From the NCBI GenBank assembly GCA_902572605.1, contig CACGGD010000001.1:95861-159860 (forward strand): 64,000 nt of DNA, written 5' to 3'. Positions 32,386 through 43,424 of the stretch are shown here, in pieces (the stretch's first letter is position 1; the number at the start of each line of letters is the position of its first letter). The stretch comes from an uncultured Pelagibacteraceae bacterium (GTDB lineage: Bacteria; Pseudomonadota; Alphaproteobacteria; Pelagibacterales; Pelagibacteraceae). The position numbers were made by a program, and so were the translations under genes. Under the pieces are notes generated by a model. That model saw only the letters and a program-made list of their open reading frames with translations, was not told the origin of the DNA and made no database searches.

Positions 32386-33052
32386 GAAAATACATATTTT
32401 AGTTGTTGATGATGATAATCGAATTAGAGATTTATTAAAAGAATATTTAACTGAAAAAAATTATATAGTTACAACATCAGATAATGCTGAAAATGCTAAA
32501 ATAAAGATCACTCAATTTAAGTTTGATCTAATTGTCTTGGATGTAATGATGCCAGGACAAGATGGCTATGACCTTACCAAAGAAATAAAAAAAAATATGG
32601 AAATACCAATAATTTTACTAACTGCAAAAGGAGAAGTAGAAAACAGAATCAAAGGTTTGGAGTTAGGTGCTGACGATTATATAGGAAAACCTTTTGAACC
32701 AAAAGAGTTGTTGTTAAGAATAAAAAATTTAATCAACAAAATTAAAAAGATTGATTTGAATATCAAACATTTTATAGGCAAAGCTCAAATAGATTTAAAT
32801 AAAATGAATATAATTTTAAAAGAGAAAAATAAAAAAATAAATGTATCTGAAAAAAAAGTTTTAGTAGAAATGCTTGGAAATCCTGGAAAGACTTATTCCC
32901 GAGACGAAATAGGTAAAATATCTGGTATTAGCCAAGAAAGATCAATAGATGTTATGATCACTAGGCTAAGACAAAAAATAGAAGTTAATCCTAAAAATCC
33001 AAAATATCTACAAACTATAAGAGGGTCAGGTTATGTTCTCTGGATTGAATAA
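32375..33052 (+). CDS. OmpR-family response regulator
   Basis: ILVVDDD, LDVMMP, LTAKG, GADDY..KPF, RSIDVMITRLRQKIE, QTIRGSGY. Confidence 0.95.
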   Translation: MENKKIHILVVDDDNRIRDLLKEYLTEKNYIVTTSDNAENAKIKITQFKFDLIVLDVMMPGQDGYDLTKEIKKNMEIPIILLTAKGEVENRIKGLELGADDYIGKPFEPKELLLRIKNLINKIKKIDLNIKHFIGKAQIDLNKMNIILKEKNKKINVSEKKVLVEMLGNPGKTYSRDEIGKISGISQERSIDVMITRLRQKIEVNPKNPKYLQTIRGSGYVLWIE

Positions 33053-34349
33053 ATTTTTAAAAATTATTTTGCCAAAAAGACTATTTTATAGAGCTCTTAT
33101 AATAGTAGCTGCTCCAACAATTATATTACAACTAATTATTACTGTTGTTTTCTATGATAGCATATGGATTAAAACTAATAAAAGTATAACTCGATCTCTA
33201 GTTTCTCAATTAAAAACAATCCAAAATGTGTATTTAAATAATAAAGAAAATTTAGATTTTTTCACTGATAGCTATAAAAATAATTTAAATTTTGAAATAA
33301 GTATTAACAATAATCCATTTCCATCATCAAGTGGTGAAAGAAAATTTAGTCCAATGGATAGATCTTTAAGACGAGAATTAAAATCAGCTTTTGGAAATAA
33401 TAATTATTGGTTTAATACATCAAAATTTAAAAATGCTGTGGAAATCAAAATAAAATCAGAAAATGAAGTTATGGAGTTTTTGGTTCCTAAGGAGATGGTG
33501 GCAACTTCATCAGTAAGATTGTTTATTTTGTGGACAACATTACCTTCAATAGTTCTAGTATTGATAGCATTAGTTTTTCTAAAAAATCAAACTAGGCCGT
33601 TAGCCAGACTTGCAAAAGCAGCAGAAAGATTTGGCAAAGGAGATTACGTTAATGACTTCAGGCCTTCTGGGGCAGCTGAAATTAGAAAAGCTGCCTACGA
33701 ATTTGATAGAATGGCAAAAAGGATTAATCGTCATCTGAATCAAAGATCGGAAATGTTATCTGGAATAAGTCACGACTTAAGAACTCCTCTTACCAGACTA
33801 AAATTACAATTAGCAATGATAAAACAGGAAGATATCTCTAAAAAAATGTCCAAAGACATTGATGAAATGGAAAGTATGCTTAATGATTATTTACAATTTG
33901 CAAAAACTCAAGCTAAAGAAAATACCTCAACAATTAATTTGCTTAATTTGTTTAATGAAATTAAAAAAGATTTAAATAATGAAAATCTTACCCTAACAAT
34001 TTCTGAAGAAACTATTTTAACAGGAAGAGCATCTTCCTTAAAAAGATGTTTTGAGAATGTAATTAACAACGGGTTAACCTACGGAAAAAAAGTATATGTA
34101 AACATCCATAAAAGTTCAAATAGAGTAATAATAAATATAGAAGATGATGGTCCAGGAATACCTGAAGATCAATATAGAAATGTTTTTAAACCTTTTTTTA
34201 GACTTGACAAAAGTAGAAGTCTAAATCAGTCGGGAGTTGGACTTGGTCTGGCTATTGTTGAGGATATAATTAATTCCCATGGAGGCAGTATTCAATTGGG
34301 AAAAAGTCAGTACAACGGTCTACAAGTTAAGATTTCTTTACCTTTTTAA
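33033..34349 (+). CDS. EnvZ-like sensor histidine kinase
   Basis: Two TMs, HAMP, ISHDLRTPLTR, N box, DDGPGI, GVGLGLAIV. Confidence 0.95.
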   Translation: MFSGLNKFLKIILPKRLFYRALIIVAAPTIILQLIITVVFYDSIWIKTNKSITRSLVSQLKTIQNVYLNNKENLDFFTDSYKNNLNFEISINNNPFPSSSGERKFSPMDRSLRRELKSAFGNNNYWFNTSKFKNAVEIKIKSENEVMEFLVPKEMVATSSVRLFILWTTLPSIVLVLIALVFLKNQTRPLARLAKAAERFGKGDYVNDFRPSGAAEIRKAAYEFDRMAKRINRHLNQRSEMLSGISHDLRTPLTRLKLQLAMIKQEDISKKMSKDIDEMESMLNDYLQFAKTQAKENTSTINLLNLFNEIKKDLNNENLTLTISEETILTGRASSLKRCFENVINNGLTYGKKVYVNIHKSSNRVIINIEDDGPGIPEDQYRNVFKPFFRLDKSRSLNQSGVGLGLAIVEDIINSHGGSIQLGKSQYNGLQVKISLPF

Positions 34350-34572
34350 ATTTCTTTTTATTTGATAATTTCTTTAAAGTTAGCTCTTGTTTATGAACCA
34401 ATTTTTTTAAAATTTCAAATTCTTCTCTGGAAACAAGTTGAAATTTATTAATTAACTTCTCTCTAGTAAATTTCAGATCGGTGGATATTTCTTTTCGAAT
34501 ATCTTTTGAGGTTAAAATTCCATTCTCAATTAAACTCGATAAAGTCTTTAATAATTTTTCAGAATTACTCAT
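34327..34572 (-). CDS. UbiK/BMFP-family accessory factor
   Basis: LVSREEFE motif, 81 aa, divergent from lgt as in other alphaproteobacteria. Confidence 0.75.
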   Translation of the reverse strand: MSNSEKLLKTLSSLIENGILTSKDIRKEISTDLKFTREKLINKFQLVSREEFEILKKLVHKQELTLKKLSNKKKFKKVKKS

Positions 34573-34623
34573 AATTCATCTTATTTGATAGAAAAATTAA
34601 TTTCAAATATGATATAAGAAATT

Positions 34624-35412
34624 ATGTATACCCATAATTTAGACCCCGTTTTATTTGATTTCGGGTTTTTAGTTGTCAGATGGTATTCTCTTGCTTACAT
34701 TTTTGGAATTTTGATCGGTTGGTGGCTGGGTAAAAGAATCATTTTAAAAAGATTTCAAAATCTTAATTTTAATTTTGATATTAAAGAATTTGACAATTTA
34801 ATAACCTATATAATTATTTCTATGCTACTTGGAGGTAGAATCGGTTATGTTATATTTTATAATTTCGGGTACTACATATCAAATCCATTTGATATTATAA
34901 AAGTTTGGGAAGGTGGTATGTCTTTCCATGGGGCGCTGGTAGGGATAATTTTTGGTACTTATTGGTTTTCAATAAAAAAAAATATACCAACTTTTTTCTT
35001 GCTAGATATAATTGCCTTCGTTGCTCCTATAGGAATATTTTTTGGACGTATAGCTAATTTTATTAATGGAGAACTAGTTGGTAAAACGACAGATGTTTTT
35101 TGGGGAGTTATTTTTCCTAATGTTGACAATAATATGAGGCACCCATCACAATTATACGAAGCTTTTTTAGAAGGTGCAGTCTTGTTTGTTATTATGAATT
35201 TAATTTTATTTAGAAAAAATTATAAGACTGGAACTTGTTCTTATATTTTTTTAATATTTTATGGTATTTTTAGAATTTTTTCTGAGTTCTATAGAGATCC
35301 AGATTTGCAGGTTGGATATTTATTTGATCTAATAAGTATGGGTACGATGCTAAGTACTTTTATGATTTTAGCTGGTGTAATTATTTTTTTAAAGAAAGAT
35401 GATATCAAATAA
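34624..35412 (+). CDS. lgt: Prolipoprotein diacylglyceryl transferase
   Basis: RWYSLAY, GGRIGYV, GGMSFHG, GRIANFINGEL, RHPSQLYE. Confidence 0.97.
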   Translation: MYTHNLDPVLFDFGFLVVRWYSLAYIFGILIGWWLGKRIILKRFQNLNFNFDIKEFDNLITYIIISMLLGGRIGYVIFYNFGYYISNPFDIIKVWEGGMSFHGALVGIIFGTYWFSIKKNIPTFFLLDIIAFVAPIGIFFGRIANFINGELVGKTTDVFWGVIFPNVDNNMRHPSQLYEAFLEGAVLFVIMNLILFRKNYKTGTCSYIFLIFYGIFRIFSEFYRDPDLQVGYLFDLISMGTMLSTFMILAGVIIFLKKDDIK

Positions 35413-36463
35413 AAATTTTTTCAATAATTCTAAATTACTTCCTGTCGATAAATTTATTGAGAATGTTCTTTACAATAAAAAAGATGGTTATTACTCATCA
35501 AAGAATCCTTTTGGCAAGTCTGGTGATTTTATAACTTCTCCAGGAATATCTAATCTATTCTCTGAAATAATTGGAATATGGCTCATAACAAGTTGGAACA
35601 CCCTTGGTAGACCTCAAAAATTTAATATAGTTGAACTTGGACCCGGAGATGGAAGTTTAACAAAAATTTTACTCAAAACATTTCAAAAATTTCCTAAATT
35701 TAATAAAGCAACTAATATTTTTTTATACGAAAAAAGTAATTTATTAAAGAACTTGCAAAAGAAAAATATAAATAATTCAAAAGTAAAATGGATAAAAAAC
35801 TTTACGAATATAAAAAAAGGACCTGTTATTTTTTTTGGTAATGAGTTTTTTGATGCAATACCAGTTAAACAGTTTTCTCGTAAAAGAAATTTTTTTATGG
35901 AAAAATATTATATGCTAAATAAGAAGAATAAAATTGATGAAATTTATAAAAAAGCATCTGATAAAGATATCTCACGTATAAAAAATTTTAAAATTTTAAA
36001 AAATCTAAATTTTGTAGAGTATCCAAAGTTAGGGTTTGGTGAATTAAACAAAATAGTTAAAAAAATATCAAAACTTGAAGGTGGTCTTCTGCTAATAGAT
36101 TATGGTTATTTAACTCCTAAGAACAAAAATACATTACAATCTCTTGTAAAACACAAAAAAAATAAATTACTGGATAATTTAGGCAAAGCTGACATAACCT
36201 CATTAGTCAATTTCAACCTTTTAAATGAGTATTTTATTAAAAATAATTTAAAAGTTAAAAAAATTGTCACTCAAAAGTTTTTTTTAGAAAAAATGGGAAT
36301 TATAGATAGGGCTAATAATTTAAGTCAAAAAATGAGTTTTAAAGAACAATCTAATTTATACTTGAGACTAAAAAGACTATTGGACAAGAAATTGATGGGT
36401 AATTTATTTAAAGTTATTTTTACTTATAAGTCTAAAAAAGATAATTTTTTAGGATTTAAATAA
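35399..36463 (+). CDS. NDUFAF7/MidA-family SAM-dependent methyltransferase
   Basis: GYY...GDFITSP, VELGPGDG, NEFFDAIP, IDYG, ADIT..VNF, MGNLFKV. Confidence 0.9.
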   Translation: MISNKNFFNNSKLLPVDKFIENVLYNKKDGYYSSKNPFGKSGDFITSPGISNLFSEIIGIWLITSWNTLGRPQKFNIVELGPGDGSLTKILLKTFQKFPKFNKATNIFLYEKSNLLKNLQKKNINNSKVKWIKNFTNIKKGPVIFFGNEFFDAIPVKQFSRKRNFFMEKYYMLNKKNKIDEIYKKASDKDISRIKNFKILKNLNFVEYPKLGFGELNKIVKKISKLEGGLLLIDYGYLTPKNKNTLQSLVKHKKNKLLDNLGKADITSLVNFNLLNEYFIKNNLKVKKIVTQKFFLEKMGIIDRANNLSQKMSFKEQSNLYLRLKRLLDKKLMGNLFKVIFTYKSKKDNFLGFK

Positions 36464-37221
36464 TGTTTTACTCAAAAAGATTTAAAAAATTCAAAAATAT
36501 TAAACATTGTTTCTTTTCCAGAAAAGGAGGGGTTTCAAAAGGAATTTACAAGGGTCTTAATTGCGGTAAAGGGTCTAAGGACAAGAAAAAGAATGTTTAT
36601 AAGAACTTATCTTTAGTATCAAACAAAATGAAAACAAGTCTGAATAGACTATACCTGATGCACCAAACACATAGTAATAAAGTACTTATAATCAATAAGA
36701 GAAATAAAGATTTAAAAAAATTTAACTCAGATGCACTAATAACAAAACTTAAAGGTGTAGCATTAGGAGTTGTAACAGCAGATTGTGTTCCAATTATTCT
36801 ATATGATGTTAAAAATCAAATAATTGCATGTATTCATGCAGGTTGGAAAGGAGCTTCATCTGGAATAATAGAAAATACATTCAAAAAATTTAAAACACTT
36901 AATTCAAAAAATAAAATTTTTGCAAGTATAGGTCCCTGTATTGGAAAGAAAAGCTATGAAGTAGATATAGATTTTTATAAAAAATTTATATTTAAATCAA
37001 AAAAAAATAAAAAATACTTTTTAAAAAAGAATGATAATAAAAAATTATTTAATCTCAGAAAATATGTGAATGACAAACTTACCAAACTTAATGTTAAAGT
37101 TGATCATGTAAATTATGATACTTTTAGGCAAAAGAGTAGATTTTTTAGTTATAGAAGGTCTCAAAAATTACAAGAAAAAGATTATGGGAGGTGTATTTCT
37201 GTAATAAGTCTTAACCAGTAA
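36463..37221 (+). CDS. pgeF: Peptidoglycan editing factor PgeF (YfiH)
   Basis: QTHS, TADCVPI, HAGWKG, IGPCI, FFSYRR. Confidence 0.92.
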   Translation: MFYSKRFKKFKNIKHCFFSRKGGVSKGIYKGLNCGKGSKDKKKNVYKNLSLVSNKMKTSLNRLYLMHQTHSNKVLIINKRNKDLKKFNSDALITKLKGVALGVVTADCVPIILYDVKNQIIACIHAGWKGASSGIIENTFKKFKTLNSKNKIFASIGPCIGKKSYEVDIDFYKKFIFKSKKNKKYFLKKNDNKKLFNLRKYVNDKLTKLNVKVDHVNYDTFRQKSRFFSYRRSQKLQEKDYGRCISVISLNQ

Positions 37222-37369
37222 ACAATTCAATAGAATTGACAAAGTTTAGACAAAATTAATTATTATATTAATAATTGTTAAAGCTCTTTAACGTATAAAC
37301 CTTCAACAACACCTAATTGGGATTTGGTTTGAAAACATTTAAAAATAGCTATATAAGTAATTATACTTC

Positions 37370-38302
37370 ATGAAAATTTTATCTGGAACTAGTAACCTTA
37401 AATTAAGCAAGGACATTTCTAAAAAATTAAAATTAAAGTTAGTTAATACTAATATAAGAAGATTTGCTGACGGAGAAATCTATATAGAGATAAATGAAAA
37501 CATAAGAGGGAATAGTGTTTTTGTAATTCAATCTACCTCTAATCCTGCAAACGATAATTTAATGGAACTTCTTCTTGTTGTTGATGCATTAAAAAGATCT
37601 TCTGCAAAAAATATTACGGCTGTGATCCCATACTTTGGATATGCTAGGCAAGATAGAAAAGTTGCTCCAAGAACATCAATCTCTGCTAAAGTTGTCGCCA
37701 ATCTTATCACTAATGCTGGAGCAAGTAGAGTAGTTACGGTTGATTTGCATGCTGGACAAATTCAAGGATTTTTTGATATGCCTGTAGACAACTTATTTAC
37801 TACTCCTCTTTTTGCAAAATATATTAAAAGAAAATTAAATAACAAAAAATTAATTTGTGTTTCTCCTGATGTTGGGGGAGTTCAAAGGACTAGAGGTTTA
37901 GCAACGAGAATAAAAGCAGATCTTGCAATTATTGATAAAAGAAGACCAGCCCCAGGAAAATCTCAGGTTATGAATATTATTGGAGATGTAAAAAACAAAA
38001 CATGCATCATTGTTGATGACATAATCGACAGCGGTGGAACTATTGTAAATGCAGTTGATGCTCTCAAAAAAAGCGGGGCTAATGAAGTTTATGTTTTTAT
38101 TACTCATGCTGTTTTAAGCGGTGATGCTGTAAAAAAAATTAAAAACTCTAAAATTAAGAAACTTATAATTACAGATACTATTGATAATTCTCAAAAAATT
38201 AAAAATAACAATAAAATAGAGGTCTTATCTATCTCTTCATTAATGTCTGAAGCAATTAAAAGAATAGCTAATTCAAACTCGGTATCAGATTTATTTAATT
38301 AG
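37370..38302 (+). CDS. prs: Ribose-phosphate pyrophosphokinase
   Basis: FADGE, PYFGYARQDRK, DLHA, SPDVGG, VDDIIDSGGT. Confidence 0.98.
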   Translation: MKILSGTSNLKLSKDISKKLKLKLVNTNIRRFADGEIYIEINENIRGNSVFVIQSTSNPANDNLMELLLVVDALKRSSAKNITAVIPYFGYARQDRKVAPRTSISAKVVANLITNAGASRVVTVDLHAGQIQGFFDMPVDNLFTTPLFAKYIKRKLNNKKLICVSPDVGGVQRTRGLATRIKADLAIIDKRRPAPGKSQVMNIIGDVKNKTCIIVDDIIDSGGTIVNAVDALKKSGANEVYVFITHAVLSGDAVKKIKNSKIKKLIITDTIDNSQKIKNNNKIEVLSISSLMSEAIKRIANSNSVSDLFN

Positions 38303-38354
38303 TACTTGTTTTATTAAATAAGTTGAGTTATATAGCTTTTCCAATAAAATTTAA

Positions 38355-39146
38355 ATGAGTAACTTAAAAGCAACAAAAAGAGAGAACACTTCATCCAGCT
38401 CAACTAATAAGTTAAGAGCTACAGGATTTATTCCAGCAATTTTGTATGGAGGAAAAGATCCTAATCAAAAAATTTCTATAGAAAAAAAGGCTGTAAGAGA
38501 CATAATTAAGTCAGATAATTTTTTATCTAAAGTTTTGGAACTTGATGTAGAGGGAAAAAAAGAAAAAGTTTTACCTCGAGAAGTTGCTTATCATGTAGTT
38601 TCAGAAGAACCTATTCATATTGATTTTATGAGAGTGGTCTCTGGTAAAAAAATTATTTTGGAAATACCAGTTAAATTTATTAATCATCCAGACTCTCCAG
38701 GATTAAAAAGAGGAGGAGTCTTAAACATAGTTAGAAGAACTGTGGAATTAAAATGTCCAGCAGAAAATATACCAAACGATATCACAATTGATTTAACAGG
38801 CACAGATATTGGAACAAGCTTGAAAATTTCTTCAGTAAAATTAGGAGAAAACATAGTACCTACAATAACTGACAGAGATTTCGTGATTGCAACGGTAGCA
38901 GCTCCAACGATAATTAAAGAACCTGAAAAACCTGCAGAAGGTGAAACAGCGGAAGGTGTAGAAGGAGAAGCTCCTGCTGAAGGAGAAGAGGCAGCAGCTA
39001 AAGATGGAGATCCAGCTAAAAAAGATGAAAAAGCAAAAGAAGCCTCTGCGGGTGATAAAAAAACTACGACTGATAAAAAGGGTGCTACTGATAAAAAGCC
39101 TGCTGAAAAAAAACCCTCTGAAAAAAAACCTCCTGAAAAAAAATAA
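38355..39146 (+). CDS. rplY: 50S ribosomal protein L25/Ctc with low-complexity tail
   Basis: IPAILYG, HIDF, GLKRGGVL, IP..I.IDL; sits between prs and pth. Confidence 0.95.
   Translation: MSNLKATKRENTSSSSTNKLRATGFIPAILYGGKDPNQKISIEKKAVRDIIKSDNFLSKVLELDVEGKKEKVLPREVAYHVVSEEPIHIDFMRVVSGKKIILEIPVKFINHPDSPGLKRGGVLNIVRRTVELKCPAENIPNDITIDLTGTDIGTSLKISSVKLGENIVPTITDRDFVIATVAAPTIIKEPEKPAEGETAEGVEGEAPAEGEEAAAKDGDPAKKDEKAKEASAGDKKTTTDKKGATDKKPAEKKPSEKKPPEKK
39052..39146 (+). repeat. Degenerate 15/18-bp in-frame tandem repeats in the rplY tail
   Basis: Encodes DKKTTT-DKKGAT-DKKPA-EKKPS-EKKPP-EKK; DNA units resemble CTGAwAAAAArCCyn. Confidence 0.7.
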
Positions 39147-39151
39147 TTAAT

Positions 39152-39724
39152 ATGCTTTTACTCGTCGGATTAGGAAATCCTGGTTCTAATAATGTTAATA
39201 ACAGACATAACATTGGTTTTAAAATTATTGATGCAGTCAATGCGCATTTCAAACTATCAAAACAAAAACCAAAATTTAAAGGATTGTTAACAACAGGAAA
39301 TATAGACTCAAAAAAGATTTATGCTATCAAGCCTTTAACTTTTATGAATAATTCAGGAACAGCAATTAAAGAATTAATTGACTACTTTAAAATTGATGCA
39401 AAGGATGTTTTTGTCTTTCATGATGACATGGATATTGATTTTGGAAAAGTAAAGGCAAAATTTGGCGGCAGTAGTGCTGGTCACAATGGAATCAATTCGA
39501 TAGATAAATTTATAGGAAAAGACTACTCAAGAATTCGAATAGGAATAGGTCACCCTAAACAAAAGAATAAAGTTAATAATCATGTGTTAGAAGATTTCAA
39601 AGAAGATGAAGAAGAGAAAATAAAAGAAATTGCTGAAATTATTGTAAAATTAATACCTACGCTTATTGAGAAAAAAATGGAACTATTCTCAAGCAAAGTT
39701 AATCAAAATCTTAATGGGATTTAA
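39152..39724 (+). CDS. pth: Peptidyl-tRNA hydrolase
   Basis: VGLGNPG, RHNIGF, KPLTFMNNSG, HDDMD, GHNG, RIRIGIG. Confidence 0.97.
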   Translation: MLLLVGLGNPGSNNVNNRHNIGFKIIDAVNAHFKLSKQKPKFKGLLTTGNIDSKKIYAIKPLTFMNNSGTAIKELIDYFKIDAKDVFVFHDDMDIDFGKVKAKFGGSSAGHNGINSIDKFIGKDYSRIRIGIGHPKQKNKVNNHVLEDFKEDEEEKIKEIAEIIVKLIPTLIEKKMELFSSKVNQNLNGI

Positions 39725-40784
39725 ATGTGGAATTGTTGGACTTCCTAATGTTGGGAAATCTACATTATTCAATGCGCTGACCGCTTCAAAAAATGCAGAA
39801 GCAGGCAATTTTCCTTTTTGTACAATTGACCCAAATATTGGAATAGTAGATGTTATTGATGAAAGATTAGACCACTTATCAAAATTATCTAAATCTAAAA
39901 AAAAAATTTACACAAATATTACATTTGTAGATATTGCGGGATTAGTAAAAGGAGCTTCTAAAGGAGAGGGTTTAGGTAATAAATTTCTCTCTCATATTAG
40001 AGAAGTTGATGCAATTATTCACTTAGTAAGATGTTTTGAGTCTGAAAAGATCACTCATGTAAATTCAAAAATAGATCCAGTAAACGACCTAGAGACAATC
40101 AAAACTGAAATTATACTTTCAGATATTGATGTTGTTCAAAAAAGATTAGAGAAAGGTAAAAAAAAACTTCTTAATGAAAAAGAAATAAAGATACTAAAAA
40201 ACAAATTAGAACTATTAAATCAAAATAGAAACATAACAATTGATAATGAAGAAGAAAAAAAGCTTTTATCTAACATAGGCTTATTAAGCATAAAACCTAG
40301 AATAATTGTCTGTAATGTAGATGAAGGAAGTTTAAATAAAGGAAACAGTTTTACAGAAAGTATCAAATCTATGTATCCAGAAGAAAAAATTATAAACATT
40401 TGTGCAGACATTGAAGATCAAATCATGGGTTTAGATAAAAATGAAAAAGAAACATTTATGAAAGAAATTGGACTTAATAGAACTGGTCTAAATCAATTGA
40501 TAAAAGAAGGATATGATCTTCTTAAATTAGATACCTTTTTTACATCAGGCCCAGAAGAAAGCAGAGCATGGACAATTAAAAAAAATACATTAGCACCTAA
40601 AGCAGCAAGCATTATTCATACTGATTTTGAAAAAAATTTTATACGAGCAGAAGCAGTGTCCTGTGATGATTTTATAAAATTTGGTAGCACAGAAAAATGT
40701 AAAGAAAATGGGAAGCTAAGGATAGAAGGAAAAGATTATATTGTGAAAGATGGAGACGTATTATATTTCAGAGTCAATCCTTGA
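39714..40784 (+). CDS. ychF: Redox-regulated ATPase YchF (Obg family)
   Basis: ATG at 39714: MGFKCGIVGLPNVGKST, FPFCTIDPN, DIAGLVKGAS, GKLRIEGKDY. Confidence 0.97.
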   Translation: MGFKCGIVGLPNVGKSTLFNALTASKNAEAGNFPFCTIDPNIGIVDVIDERLDHLSKLSKSKKKIYTNITFVDIAGLVKGASKGEGLGNKFLSHIREVDAIIHLVRCFESEKITHVNSKIDPVNDLETIKTEIILSDIDVVQKRLEKGKKKLLNEKEIKILKNKLELLNQNRNITIDNEEEKKLLSNIGLLSIKPRIIVCNVDEGSLNKGNSFTESIKSMYPEEKIINICADIEDQIMGLDKNEKETFMKEIGLNRTGLNQLIKEGYDLLKLDTFFTSGPEESRAWTIKKNTLAPKAASIIHTDFEKNFIRAEAVSCDDFIKFGSTEKCKENGKLRIEGKDYIVKDGDVLYFRVNP

Positions 40785-41546
40785 CCAAATTTTCTTCATA
40801 CTTAAATAAACTAAAATAGTTAAAAGTATTAAATATATAATAACTTTAAATCCAATTCTGTGTCTCTCTTCTAATTCAGGTTCTGCTGCCCATGCTAAGA
40901 AAGTAGTCACGTCTTTAGCCATTTGATCCATTGTTGCCTCTGTGCCATCAGAATATTCTACAATGCCGTCAGCAAGCGGTGATGCCATTTTTATTTTTTG
41001 ACCGATCATATATTTATTATAATAAACACCATCATCTAGCTTCATGCCTGCAGGCGGCTCTTCGTATCCCATTAAAACTGAATACATATAATCTGCTCCA
41101 CCTGGTCGTGCTTTAACAAGTACTGACATATCAGGCGGGTAAGCTCCACCATTAGCAGCTGTTGAGGCCTCAACATTTGGATATGGACTCTTAAATTTAT
41201 CTGATGGTTTACCAGGTCTAGTAAACATGTCACCCTGGCTGTCTGGACCATCTTCGATTTCTACACTAGCTGCAATTGCTTTTACTTCTTCTTGAGTAAA
41301 TTCTGGTCCTCCGGGCTCACCTAAATTTCTATAGCTCAAATATTGCATGGAATGGCAAGATGCACACACTTCTTTATAAACTTGAAATCCTCTTTGCAAT
41401 GAAGCTCTGTCAAATTTCCCAGTTAATTCTTTAAAACTCCAATTAACTTTTATTGGGTCAATAGTTTCCGCGCTGAGTAAAGGCTTGGTAAAGATTAGTG
41501 TTGATAAAATTACAATAATTAATCTTTTAAAGTTAAATCTTATCAT
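40761..41546 (-). CDS. petC: Cytochrome c1
   Basis: [22 protein letters not shown]-terminal TM anchor. Confidence 0.97.
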   Translation of the reverse strand: MIRFNFKRLIIVILSTLIFTKPLLSAETIDPIKVNWSFKELTGKFDRASLQRGFQVYKEVCASCHSMQYLSYRNLGEPGGPEFTQEEVKAIAASVEIEDGPDSQGDMFTRPGKPSDKFKSPYPNVEASTAANGGAYPPDMSVLVKARPGGADYMYSVLMGYEEPPAGMKLDDGVYYNKYMIGQKIKMASPLADGIVEYSDGTEATMDQMAKDVTTFLAWAAEPELEERHRIGFKVIIYLILLTILVYLSMKKIWSRIDSEI

Positions 41547-42792
41547 AATCCTTCTTGGCTAAAGCTGGGTCTGCGCCACTAGATAAAACTGGCGTAGATA
41601 TACTCATAGGTACCGGATCAGTTTTTTCTAATAAGCCTACAACTGGTAACACGACTATAAAGTGTAAAAAATAATAAATTGTTCCTATTCTTGCTAAAAC
41701 CAAATAAATACCCTCAGCAGGCATAGCTCCCATATATCCAAGCAACAGAACATCAACTACAAATATCCAATAAAAATATCTGTACATTGGCCTAAATACT
41801 GCTGACCTTACTTTTGATGTATCTAACCAAGGAAGTACAAAAAGAATAAAAATTGATCCAAACATTAAAATAACTCCACCTAATTTATCTGGAACAGATC
41901 TTAGTATTGCATAAAAAGGTAGAAGGTACCACTCAGGAACAATATGAGCTGGAGTAACTAGTGGATTAGCTGGAATATAATTATCCGAGTGGCCCAATAC
42001 ATTTGGAGAAAAAAATACAAACCCTGAAAAGATAATCATAAATAACAATAACGCAAAGGCATCTTTAATGGTTATATATGGATGAAAAGGCACTGTATCC
42101 TTAGAAGGTTTTTTTAAATCTATTCCAATAGGATTATTGTTACCTGGAACATGTAGCGCCCAAATGTGCAAAATTACTAATCCAGCAATTAAAAAAGGGA
42201 ATAAGTAATGTAAACTAAAAAATCTATTTAAAGTTGGATTATCAACCGAGTAAGCACCCCATAACCATGTAGTTATACTTTCTCCAATTAAAGGTATCGC
42301 ACTAAATAAACTTGTTATCACCGTTGCACCCCAAAAACTCATTTGACCCCAGGGTAAAACATAACCCATGAAAGCTGTTGCCATCATTAATAAATAAATT
42401 AATAAGCCAATTATCCAAATCACTTCTCTTGGTGATTTATAGGAACCGTAGAACAAAGATCTAAAAATATGAATGTAAACTGCCAGAAAGAACATTGAAG
42501 CTCCATTGCTGTGTATATACCTTATTAACCAACCATAATTTACATTTCTCATTATGTGTTCCACACTTGCAAATGCTAGATCAGCATGAGCAACATAATG
42601 CATTGCTAAAACAATTCCCGTAATTATTTGAGTCAATAAACAAAAAGTTAATATTCCTCCAAAAGTCCACCAATAGTTTAAATTTTTGGGGGTAGGATAA
42701 TCTGTCAAATGAGACCCTAGAGTTAATAATGGTAAACGATCGTTAAACCACTTTCCGGCTTTTGATTTTGGTGTATATTCTTGATCGCTCAT
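41533..42792 (-). CDS. petB: Cytochrome b
   Basis: [28 protein letters not shown] motif. Confidence 0.99.
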   Translation of the reverse strand: MSDQEYTPKSKAGKWFNDRLPLLTLGSHLTDYPTPKNLNYWWTFGGILTFCLLTQIITGIVLAMHYVAHADLAFASVEHIMRNVNYGWLIRYIHSNGASMFFLAVYIHIFRSLFYGSYKSPREVIWIIGLLIYLLMMATAFMGYVLPWGQMSFWGATVITSLFSAIPLIGESITTWLWGAYSVDNPTLNRFFSLHYLFPFLIAGLVILHIWALHVPGNNNPIGIDLKKPSKDTVPFHPYITIKDAFALLLFMIIFSGFVFFSPNVLGHSDNYIPANPLVTPAHIVPEWYLLPFYAILRSVPDKLGGVILMFGSIFILFVLPWLDTSKVRSAVFRPMYRYFYWIFVVDVLLLGYMGAMPAEGIYLVLARIGTIYYFLHFIVVLPVVGLLEKTDPVPMSISTPVLSSGADPALAKKDYDKI

Positions 42793-42800
42793 AAATTTTA

Positions 42801-43322
42801 TTATCCAATTTTAATTGTATTATTATCTACAAATTCAAATTTAGGTATCTCCATATTTGTTGGCGCTGGTCCTTTTCTAATTCTTCCAGATAAATCATAA
42901 TGAGAGCCATGGCATGGACAAAACCAACCTTTAAAATCCCCTTTATCTTTTAAAGGCACACAACCAAGATGAGTGCAAACACCTAACATTACTAACCACT
43001 CATCTTTACCTTTTTTAACTCTATCCTCATCTTTTTCAGGGTCTGGTAAATCCTTTAAGCTAACTGATCTCGCTTCAGCTATTTCTTCCTGTGTTCTTCT
43101 TTTTAAAAAAACAGGTTTGCCTCTCCATAATACTGTAATTGACTTACCAGGTTCAATTTGACTGATATCAACCTCTGTTGTTGCTAGTGCTTGTTGGGCT
43201 TTATCAGGATTCATTTGATGTACCAAAGGCCAAACAACCGCTCCAAGACCAACAGCTCCAACAGTATAGCTAGCTGTAAATAAAAAATCTCTTCGATTAA
43301 CTTTTTTTTCTTCTTTGCTCAT
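42801..43322 (-). CDS. petA: Rieske Fe-S subunit of the bc1 complex
   Basis: Tat motif RRDFL, CTHLGC, CPCHGS. Confidence 0.98.
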   Translation of the reverse strand: MSKEEKKVNRRDFLFTASYTVGAVGLGAVVWPLVHQMNPDKAQQALATTEVDISQIEPGKSITVLWRGKPVFLKRRTQEEIAEARSVSLKDLPDPEKDEDRVKKGKDEWLVMLGVCTHLGCVPLKDKGDFKGWFCPCHGSHYDLSGRIRKGPAPTNMEIPKFEFVDNNTIKIG

Positions 43323-43424
43323 TTATTATGTATGTGTTTATAATGTAAGTATTAAATAAATCTAAATTTTAATATTTACTAGGGTCAGAATGACACATAA
43401 ATTAAGGAAAAATAAGCAAAAGTA

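Noticed and set aside
37250-37295. CtrA boxes (TTAA-N7-TTAA) upstream of prs
   Set aside because: The TTAA pairs are spaced 6 or 8 nt, and TTAA is very common in this AT-rich DNA.
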